From: a virus | Strand: one strand, 5' to 3' | Length of the DNA stretch: 38,717 nt | UHGV virus genome: UHGV-0007863 | Part shown: piece after piece, positions 26,244 through 34,012 of the stretch | How the letters are laid out: each line of letters starts with the position of its first letter | How positions within the stretch are numbered: the first letter of the stretch is position 1 | The notes under the pieces: generated by a model | Seen by the model: only the letters and a program-made list of their open reading frames with translations | Database searches by the model: none | Told to the model about the DNA's origin: nothing | Position numbers and translations under genes: made by a program

Positions 26244-28756
26244 TGCCAGTCGTACCAACAGTATCCGGACGTCAGGTTGAGAGCCGTGGAGTTCAGTCAG
26301 CAGGCTTGCAGACGTTTTCTCAGTCAGGTATTGGTGATGCTTTTGTTCTGGCAGGGGCAGAGACTATTGATGTTTTTGGTCAGGCAAAACAGCGTGCCAA
26401 TATCGCTCTGGCTCAGGAGGCATCTCTTAACCTCAGTCAGATAAGCAGCGATCTGCTGAATAACCCTGAAACAGGGTTGCTTAACCTGAAAGGGAAAAAT
26501 GCTATTGGAAAAGGCCATGAGTATACGCAGCAGTTTGATGCTCAGGTCGAACAACTGGCTATGTCGCTGCCGGATGAACAGGTTCGTAATACTTTCATGC
26601 AGCAGGCGCAGCAGCAGCGCATTCAGTTCACTACGCAGGCCGGGCGGCACGAGATAGGGCAAATAAACGCCTACGAAGAAGGCCAGTTTCAGGCTACGCT
26701 GCTGAACAATGGTAAAAATGCCGCAGCATTGTATGGCGACAACGCCGCATACGTATTGGCTAATAAGCAAACTTTCCAGCAAATTGAGGATTACGGCATT
26801 GCGCATGGCTGGAGCGACGAGCAAATCCAGGCCAAGAAAGTCGAGTTTAAAGAGAAGGTTGCTGATGCCGCATTGTCCCAGTGGTCGGCAAACAATGCGA
26901 CCGCATTCATCCAAAGTAATGGCGAGTTAAGTGATACTGCTGCTGGAGCTCGCCGTGCTGTAGCAGATAGTGACTCTTCCGAGCGTGCCCGTGGCATACG
27001 CAACAATAACCCAGGAAATCTCGAATACAGCAAAACTAATCCGTGGGTAGGCCAGACCGGTGATGATGGTCGATTTGCTAAATTCGAAACACCTGAACAC
27101 GGGATTCGTGCATTAGGGCGAAACCTGATGTCGTATCAGAGGCAGGGTATTGATACCGTCAGCGAGATAATTAATCGCTGGGCACCGCCTACTGATAAAA
27201 ATGACACTATGTCGTATATCAAAGCAGTGTGCGAACAACTTGGCGTTTCTGCTGATGAGCCTCTCGATGCATCTAATCCTGATACCCTGAAGGCGCTTTG
27301 TGCAGCCATTATCCATCATGAGAACGGTAGCCAGCCATACAGTGATCAGCAGTTAACTGCTGGTGTCAGTGCAGCACTTGGTTTATCAACAATTCCAACC
27401 AACACCAAACGCTATACCGGTAATGCAGCATTCGATGCGGCATCTCCTGAGGCGCAGGCAAGTTTTATGCGACAGGCTGATCAACTGCGTCGGCAGCAGC
27501 AGGCTGAATATAAAACGATGATTGACAGCCAGGTTCGCGATGCGACAGCTGCGTATATGCGTGGCGTTGAATTTCCTAACCCACCTGGTGAGGCTGATTT
27601 TATTGCAGCTTATGGAGTAAGAGAAGGAAACCTGCGATATACCGAGTTCAGAAATACGCAAATCGCCGGACAGTATATAGGCTCTTTCCGCAACATGCCG
27701 ACAAGCAGCATTACAGCATATGTTGAGCAATTACGCCCGGATACTGGTGAGACAGGGGGGGGGTATGCGGCACGCGCAGCTCTTTATGACAACGTTGTTT
27801 CGGCTGCAAATCAGGTGATAAAGCAGCGGCAGTCGGATCCTGTGCAGTTCTCTCTTGCCTCCGGACAGGCAAAGCCTATCGACATGAGCAATAAGGATAA
27901 CTTTGGACAGAGCGTTGCCTTGCGTGCCGCTCAGGTCAGTGACATTGCTAAGTCATATGGCACTCCACTGACGTTCTTTTCCAAAGACGAGGCCAATCAG
28001 ATCGGTGTTTTCTTTCGTGATGCTCCAGTTTCCCAACAGGCAGCATATCTCGATACCATCAGGCAGAGCACTGGTGGTGGGCAGGTGTATATGTCAGCAC
28101 TACAGCAGATCAGTGCCAACGCTCCATCTGCTGCCGTTGCCGGGATACTGATGGATAAGCCTGGTGGTATTTTGGCAGAAAAAAACTGGTTTAATCCGGA
28201 TGTTTCCGTGTCTCCTGAAACCGCTGCGCAGACAATTCTTGCTGGCGCGGCGGCTCGTAAAGGTACTGATGATGCGAAAGGTATTCCGATGCCTAAAGAT
28301 GCTGATCTTCGCCTTGAGTTTTCTGACATGGTGAAGGATGCATTTGCTGGTGACGCTCAGGGGGCATCAATGGCATACGAGATCGCAAAGGATTATTACG
28401 CTGGTGTGATGGCGAAAAAAGGCGTGGTATCAGGCGAAATTGACAATGATGTCTGGAAACAGGCTGTTAACGTAGCTACAGGTGGCGTGCATGACTATAA
28501 CGGAATGGGGAATGTCCTTTTGCCGTGGGGAATGTCTGCAGAGCAATTCGATAAGCAGGTTAATCAGGCTTGGATTGAACAAGTTGTCGGCTCTGGGATA
28601 AAAACACCGCCTGGTCAGTATGGTTTGCAAAGTTACGGCGATAGTCAGTACCTGGTGAAACTTGGTACTGGTTATCTGCTGAAAGATGATGGTTCTCCCG
28701 TTGTTCTTAATCTGACACAGAAGCGTCAGAGATTCTCCGGAGATATTCCGCAATGA
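26243..28756 (+). CDS. Large internal virion / ejection protein
   Basis: ATG 26243 overlapping the upstream TAA; ~837 aa; a segment RGIRNNNPGNLEY...WAPP may be a cell-wall-hydrolase-like module (unverified). Confidence 0.45.
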   Translation: MPVVPTVSGRQVESRGVQSAGLQTFSQSGIGDAFVLAGAETIDVFGQAKQRANIALAQEASLNLSQISSDLLNNPETGLLNLKGKNAIGKGHEYTQQFDAQVEQLAMSLPDEQVRNTFMQQAQQQRIQFTTQAGRHEIGQINAYEEGQFQATLLNNGKNAAALYGDNAAYVLANKQTFQQIEDYGIAHGWSDEQIQAKKVEFKEKVADAALSQWSANNATAFIQSNGELSDTAAGARRAVADSDSSERARGIRNNNPGNLEYSKTNPWVGQTGDDGRFAKFETPEHGIRALGRNLMSYQRQGIDTVSEIINRWAPPTDKNDTMSYIKAVCEQLGVSADEPLDASNPDTLKALCAAIIHHENGSQPYSDQQLTAGVSAALGLSTIPTNTKRYTGNAAFDAASPEAQASFMRQADQLRRQQQAEYKTMIDSQVRDATAAYMRGVEFPNPPGEADFIAAYGVREGNLRYTEFRNTQIAGQYIGSFRNMPTSSITAYVEQLRPDTGETGGGYAARAALYDNVVSAANQVIKQRQSDPVQFSLASGQAKPIDMSNKDNFGQSVALRAAQVSDIAKSYGTPLTFFSKDEANQIGVFFRDAPVSQQAAYLDTIRQSTGGGQVYMSALQQISANAPSAAVAGILMDKPGGILAEKNWFNPDVSVSPETAAQTILAGAAARKGTDDAKGIPMPKDADLRLEFSDMVKDAFAGDAQGASMAYEIAKDYYAGVMAKKGVVSGEIDNDVWKQAVNVATGGVHDYNGMGNVLLPWGMSAEQFDKQVNQAWIEQVVGSGIKTPPGQYGLQSYGDSQYLVKLGTGYLLKDDGSPVVLNLTQKRQRFSGDIPQ

Positions 28757-30555
28757 GTTACTTTGGCCTTAATCCAGTAAACCAGAATCAGCAGCTTGAC
28801 GAAGCAGCATCAAATCCAGCTGGCTTTAACAGCGATGTTGGTTTTTTCGACAATGCTGTAGGAGCGGCATTGTCTGGTTTGTACTCCGGGCTGGTGGCAA
28901 AGCCAGATCAGTTGCTATGGGCAGGGATGGATAAAATCGTATCCCCGATTGCTCAGTTTGTTAACGAAAACACCTCGCTCAATGATACTTCAGTTTCATA
29001 CATTGCCGAGCAGAGAAAACTAGCAGAGCAGCAGGTTAAGCGGCTGACGCCTGATGCCGCGACAACCGGAACCGCTGGGCAGGTTCTTTATGGGTTGTTC
29101 GATATGGGCGGGCAGGCTGTTGTCGGTACAACGCTCGGTGGTCCTGTCGGAGGTGCAGCGGCGGTAACTTCGCTACAGGGTTTTTCTGAGTTTGAACGGC
29201 TGACAGCACAGGGTGTTGATTTCAGGACGGCGCAGGAAGCTGGATTAGTGCAGGGCATTACTGCTGGTGCCGGAACGCTGATCCCTATGAGCCTCGGGTT
29301 ACGTGCTGGTGGTGCGCTGGCGGAAGGTGTGGCGGCTCGGCTTGCGCGGACGGGTGAAAGTTCAGTGCGACGCGCCGCAGCAACAGCAGTACGTGCAACG
29401 CCAGATATTGCCTATGCCGCAGGTACAAATATTGCGTTCGGTATGGCACAGCGTGGGCTTACTGCAAAAACGCTTCGTGATGGTGGCTATAGCGAAATGG
29501 CTAACCAGTATGATGTGTTGGATCGACAGGCAATTGCTATTGATGCTGTTCTTGGGGTGGCGTTTGGTGGTGTCGGCAGATTTATTAACTCTCGCGGTGA
29601 GGCTACAAGCACCCCCAATTTTTCACCAGTTGATGTCGATGCTGCACTGGCGGCGAATGCCGCTCATCATGCTGAAATTGATATTTCTCCCGGCGTGCCG
29701 ATCAACGTGCTTTCGCGCAATTCTCACATTCAGGCTCTGCGAAAAGCTATGTCTGATGTTAGCCAGGGGAGACCTGTAGACGTTGCCAGCATTGTTGAGT
29801 CTGCATCTTTCAGTGAAATTCCTGGGCGCAAGAGTCTGCTGTCTCAGGCAGTTAATGAGGCTCTGTCATCTGTAGATGATGGAGTAACGGCGCGCGCTAT
29901 AGAAAATCGGTTGCTTGAAGAACAGGCCGCGCAGCTTTTGCCGCGTGGAGATAGACAGGTTTACCAGTCTGAAATCGCTAATAGCCAACGAATTATTGAA
30001 AATCTCACTGAACAGCGTGCACAAATTCTTGCAGAAGAGCCAACCGGTAGCGGTAAAGCTTTGTCTCGTGCTCGATCAGATAAACAGGCCAGACTTCGCG
30101 ATATTGATCAACGAATCCGGCAGGCACAAGAACGCCTGGAATTTTCCCGTAACGCGTTGGCACCGCACGAGCCTGGAGGTCAGTTTTTTGAAGCTCGAGC
30201 AGAACTGGCTCGGAGACAGCAGGCAGAAAGTGAACTTAATGCTCAGGCTGTTTCATTCTATAAAACAGCAGAGGTCAGGACGCCAGACGAAGTAGCTCCT
30301 TTTGAGCCTGATAAAATATTGCAACAGGCAGAACAAAAAATGATGGCGGATCAGGCAGGAGATATTGATCTGCGCATAGCTGAAGACTCGCTGCTTGAAT
30401 CACCTGACATGATAATCACCGTGCTGGATGATGATGGTAATCCACAATCGCGCAGCGCGCGTGAAGTACTGGATGAAGCGAACAGGGAAAGTGAGCAGGC
30501 AATACAGGATTCCAGCCTGTTTGATGTCGCTGTGGCGTGTTTCTTGAGAGGTTAA
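28753..30555 (+). CDS. Large internal virion / ejection protein
   Basis: 600 aa; Ala/Gly-rich N-terminal half with a charged helical C-terminal half. Confidence 0.45.
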   Translation: MSYFGLNPVNQNQQLDEAASNPAGFNSDVGFFDNAVGAALSGLYSGLVAKPDQLLWAGMDKIVSPIAQFVNENTSLNDTSVSYIAEQRKLAEQQVKRLTPDAATTGTAGQVLYGLFDMGGQAVVGTTLGGPVGGAAAVTSLQGFSEFERLTAQGVDFRTAQEAGLVQGITAGAGTLIPMSLGLRAGGALAEGVAARLARTGESSVRRAAATAVRATPDIAYAAGTNIAFGMAQRGLTAKTLRDGGYSEMANQYDVLDRQAIAIDAVLGVAFGGVGRFINSRGEATSTPNFSPVDVDAALAANAAHHAEIDISPGVPINVLSRNSHIQALRKAMSDVSQGRPVDVASIVESASFSEIPGRKSLLSQAVNEALSSVDDGVTARAIENRLLEEQAAQLLPRGDRQVYQSEIANSQRIIENLTEQRAQILAEEPTGSGKALSRARSDKQARLRDIDQRIRQAQERLEFSRNALAPHEPGGQFFEARAELARRQQAESELNAQAVSFYKTAEVRTPDEVAPFEPDKILQQAEQKMMADQAGDIDLRIAEDSLLESPDMIITVLDDDGNPQSRSAREVLDEANRESEQAIQDSSLFDVAVACFLRG

Positions 30556-30560
30556 ATTAA

Positions 30561-33035
30561 ATGAGACAGGAATGTATACAAGCGGTCCAGCAGGCGGCGC
30601 AGCGCACGTTAACGGCGCGAGAAATACAGAACATTGAAGACCGCATTTATCGAAATATGCGCTCCATTGCTCGTGATGACCCGATGTCGTGGAGACAACT
30701 TTCCGAATCAGAGCGGCTATATCGTGCAGCACAATTGGCATCTGAAGAATTACAGCGAGAAGCGGCATTAAGGAAACGTCGTGTGGCCCTCACTATAGCC
30801 GCACGTCAGAGATTGGATAAATTTATCAATAGCTATCAAGGGTCTGATGGGAAACTTGGCGCTCTTAACCGTACTATTGCTTTTAATGCAGACGGTAAAT
30901 CGAATTTCCTCTCTGTTGAATCCAGAACAAAAGCCACTCGTGATTATGCATTGAGTCAATTGCAGGAGGCATTTGAAGCAGTTGATCCTCGCTTTTTTGG
31001 CCTGTTTGAAGATGAAGCTGGCGTGCGTGACCTGGTATATGAAATGCGAGGGCAAAATACTGGCAATGCTAAAGCAAGAAAAGGTGCTAAGGCGTGGAGA
31101 GAAGTGACAGAGCTACTGCGCCGCCGGTTTAATGATGCTGGTGGGGACATTGGCTATCTCGAAAACTGGGGGATCCCTCAACATCATTCTATGGAAAAGG
31201 TTGGGGCGGTATCAAAGGATAAGTGGGTTAGCGATGTTATAGGTAAGCTGGATCGCAAATATTATATCCGAGCCGATGGACAACTGATGAACGATGCCGA
31301 GTTGTCTTCATTTCTTGGAGAGGCTTATAACACGATCGCTACTGGTGGGCTGAATAAGCTTACTGATACCGGAATGCGAATTTCCGGCGCACGTGCTAAC
31401 CGTGGTAATGCATCACGACAGATACATTTCAAAGATGCAGATTCCTATCTGCAATATCAACAACTTTATGGCGATCGCTCTCTATGGGAAATCATGGTCG
31501 GTCACCTGGAAGGTATCAGTAAAGATATTGCACTGGTGGAAACATATGGCCCAAACCCCGATCATGTTTTCCGCTCTCTTCTTGATCAGGTGAAGGCAGA
31601 AACGGCAACAGCTAACCCGAGTAAAACCGGTAAAGTCGAGCGGCTGGCGAACAACACAGAGAATCTGTACAACTTTATTTCCGGAAAGACACAGCCTGTA
31701 GCGAATCCGCACATCGCGCGATGGTCTGACAATATCCGCAACTGGCTGGTTGCCAGCAGACTCGGATCCGCGTTGCTGTCATCGTTCTCTGATCTTGGAA
31801 CCATGTATCTGTCTGCGAAGGTGACCAACCTTCCAATGAACCAGTTATTCCGCAACCAGCTTGAAGCTATGGACCCAACGAACCGTACAGAACTTGCGCG
31901 GGCGCGCCGCGCTGGTCTGGCGATGGAATCTCTACTTGGCAGCGTTAACCGCTGGGCGATGGATAATATGGGGCCGTCTGTGTCTCGTTGGGCTGCAACG
32001 GCGGTAATGCGTGCCAGTGGGCTTACAGCATGGTCAGATGCGCACAAGCGCGCCTATGGCGTAACCATGATGGGAAGCCTGGGAGAAGTAGTGTCACGGA
32101 CACCAGACCTTCGTAGCCTCGATGATTCTGATTTTCGTATCCTGAAAAGCAAAGGGATTACTGACACAGACTGGAGCGTATGGAAGCTGGCTCAACAGGA
32201 GGACTGGGGGAACGGCAATAATACGATGCTGACACCGGAAAGCATTATGCGTATCCCTGATTCAGCAGTTAAACATCTTGGTGAGCCTGAACGCGTGAAA
32301 TTTGAGGCAATGCGTAAACTGCTCGGTGCCGTAACTGAAGAAGTTGATATGGCTGTTATTACACCGGGAGCACGTGAGCAACTGATAACCGGTTCTGGTA
32401 TTCAGCGTGGAACATGGAAAGGTGAATTAACGAGAAGTGTTTTCCTGTTTAAATCGTTCCCTATCTCGGTGGTTATGCGTCACTGGTCACGCGCTATGGG
32501 TATTCCGTCTGCTGGTGGGCGTGCGGCATATATTGCGACGTTTATTGCCAGTACGACCATTCTTGGCGCTTTGTCGCAGCAACTTAACGACCTTGCGTCT
32601 GGTCGTAATCCTCGCGAGATGACAGGAGAAGATGCTGCTAAATTTTGGCTTGGTGCTCTACTGAAAGGTGGTGGTCTTGGCCTTTACGGTGACTTTTTAT
32701 TGTCAGATCACACTAGGTACGGAAGCGGCGCACTGGCGTCGATGCTTGGCCCGGTAGCTGGTCTGGTTGATGACGTAGTGAAGATTGCTCAGGGCATACC
32801 GTTAAATGCTGTGGAAGGGAAGAATGAGCAGACTGGTGGTGATCTGGTTAAGCTGGGGAAAGGTCTGATGCCAGGTGCGAATCTCTGGTACTTAAAGGCG
32901 GCTCTCGATCACATGATCTTTAACCAGATGCAGGAGTATTTTTCACCAGGTTATTTGCGTAAAATGGAGCAACGTTCGAAGAAAGAGTTTAACCAGACAT
33001 ACTGGTGGCGACCACAGGATGTCACTCCGCAATAA
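30561..33035 (+). CDS. Large internal virion / ejection protein (T7 gp16 position)
   Basis: 824 aa; last gene before the moron island and tail fiber. Confidence 0.45.
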   Translation: MRQECIQAVQQAAQRTLTAREIQNIEDRIYRNMRSIARDDPMSWRQLSESERLYRAAQLASEELQREAALRKRRVALTIAARQRLDKFINSYQGSDGKLGALNRTIAFNADGKSNFLSVESRTKATRDYALSQLQEAFEAVDPRFFGLFEDEAGVRDLVYEMRGQNTGNAKARKGAKAWREVTELLRRRFNDAGGDIGYLENWGIPQHHSMEKVGAVSKDKWVSDVIGKLDRKYYIRADGQLMNDAELSSFLGEAYNTIATGGLNKLTDTGMRISGARANRGNASRQIHFKDADSYLQYQQLYGDRSLWEIMVGHLEGISKDIALVETYGPNPDHVFRSLLDQVKAETATANPSKTGKVERLANNTENLYNFISGKTQPVANPHIARWSDNIRNWLVASRLGSALLSSFSDLGTMYLSAKVTNLPMNQLFRNQLEAMDPTNRTELARARRAGLAMESLLGSVNRWAMDNMGPSVSRWAATAVMRASGLTAWSDAHKRAYGVTMMGSLGEVVSRTPDLRSLDDSDFRILKSKGITDTDWSVWKLAQQEDWGNGNNTMLTPESIMRIPDSAVKHLGEPERVKFEAMRKLLGAVTEEVDMAVITPGAREQLITGSGIQRGTWKGELTRSVFLFKSFPISVVMRHWSRAMGIPSAGGRAAYIATFIASTTILGALSQQLNDLASGRNPREMTGEDAAKFWLGALLKGGGLGLYGDFLLSDHTRYGSGALASMLGPVAGLVDDVVKIAQGIPLNAVEGKNEQTGGDLVKLGKGLMPGANLWYLKAALDHMIFNQMQEYFSPGYLRKMEQRSKKEFNQTYWWRPQDVTPQ

Positions 33036-33231
33036 GGAAGTGTTGTGTTTTTAATTATTTTGAGTGTGATAATTTCTGGTGTATTGTTATTTATTGACCG
33101 CTACAAATATTTTCTTAACCCTCAGACTCAAGCTATTTGCTGGTTCATCTTTGTTGTGCAGGGAGTAGTTCTTGTTGCAAGCCTTATTGAGGGGAGGCCT
33201 CTTATTTTTACTGGGTAAATTAGGTGACTAC

Positions 33232-33528
33232 ATGCAAGCTATAGGATTCATTGTTTATATCGTCGTTGGTCTTTTTCAGTTGGCAGCAATTATGGCTGGG
33301 CTTGAATCATGGTGGGGATTGCACTGGATAATTGCAGCCCCCATTGCTTTCATCGTGAGCTATATTCCATTTGTTGGAGCGATTGTTGGTATGGTTGGCG
33401 CTGTGGATGTATGGCGGTGGGAGTGGTGGCAGGCTGGCCTTCTCTTCTTTGGTGGGATCATCTTTGCTATTGTCTGCGGTGGAATGTCATCATTTTTCGA
33501 ATGGCTATCATTCAGAAAAGGGACGTGA
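33232..33528 (+). CDS. Small polytopic membrane protein (moron)
   Basis: ATG 33232 with AGGTGA upstream; 98 aa, almost entirely hydrophobic; preceded by an AT-rich stretch at 33036-33231. Confidence 0.5.
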   Translation: MQAIGFIVYIVVGLFQLAAIMAGLESWWGLHWIIAAPIAFIVSYIPFVGAIVGMVGAVDVWRWEWWQAGLLFFGGIIFAIVCGGMSSFFEWLSFRKGT

Positions 33529-33536
33529 CATGTCAC
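33525..33536. repeat. 12-bp perfect palindrome GTGACATGTCAC, copy 3 of 3
   Basis: Read directly; overlaps the TGA stop of the membrane-protein gene. Confidence 0.7.
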
Positions 33537-33537
33537 A

Positions 33538-33562
33538 GGCCGCTTTCGCGGCCTTTTCTTTA
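33538..33562 (+). terminator. Rho-independent terminator after the membrane-protein gene
   Basis: GGCCGC-TTTC-GCGGCC followed by TTTTCTTTAT; overlaps the 3' end of the convergent minus-strand gene. Confidence 0.6.
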
Positions 33563-33817
33563 TGTGGTTTGTTTTCGTAATTGTTCGGCACAATAGTCGA
33601 GATGTGTTTGCAGATCCCGCATAGACATCTGTGAGCTGGTGACGTAGTTAATCAGTGCAGTCAGTTCGGCAAGTGGGCCATCGACATTAAATCCATCCTT
33701 ATCGAGATCCCGGAGTAATTTCATCAAGTGCGATCCTTCCACCAGTGACCTGACGCCTCCCGGCGTGTGAATCCTTTCGGTAAATCCGTCTTCCAGTGGA
33801 TAGTGATACTGCTGCAT
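33560..33817 (-). CDS. Small LexA-box-associated protein; candidate SOS-inducible antirepressor
   Basis: 85 aa from ATG 33817 (MQQYHYPL...), GGAG 8 nt upstream; ORF track gives a TTG start at 33835; a LexA box sits 20-40 nt upstream; function is inference. Confidence 0.5.
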   Translation of the reverse strand: MQQYHYPLEDGFTERIHTPGGVRSLVEGSHLMKLLRDLDKDGFNVDGPLAELTALINYVTSSQMSMRDLQTHLDYCAEQLRKQTT

Positions 33818-33836
33818 CTTATCTTCTCCATGCAAT

Positions 33837-33856
33837 AACTGTATATTTATACAGTA
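33837..33856. promoter_or_regulatory. LexA (SOS) box AACTGTATATTTATACAGTA
   Basis: CTGT-N8-ACAG with AT-rich spacer; 18/20 to the consensus TACTGTATATATATACAGTA; overlaps the likely promoter of the minus-strand gene. Confidence 0.75.
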
Positions 33857-33893
33857 TCAAATAATTTGTTTGCTATCCAGCACGTTTTGCAAA

Positions 33894-33908
33894 TTACCTG
33901 AAAGGTAA
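33894..33908. promoter_or_regulatory. Perfect TTACC-TGAAA-GGTAA upstream of the tail-fiber gene
   Basis: Read directly; a half-site GGTAA at 33955-33959 follows. Confidence 0.6.
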
Positions 33909-34012
33909 TATCTATTCATATTTACAGCCTTTCTATCCATATGTGGTTTTTCAGGTAATAGAATAACCAGATATGCGGCGCAACGGGTGCTGCGACTATC
34001 TGGAGATTTAAC

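Noticed and set aside
26324-27730. Minus-strand ORFs 26324-26914 and 27386-27730 inside an internal virion protein gene
   Set aside because: Antisense to a continuous 837-aa reading frame within the structural operon; no start context.
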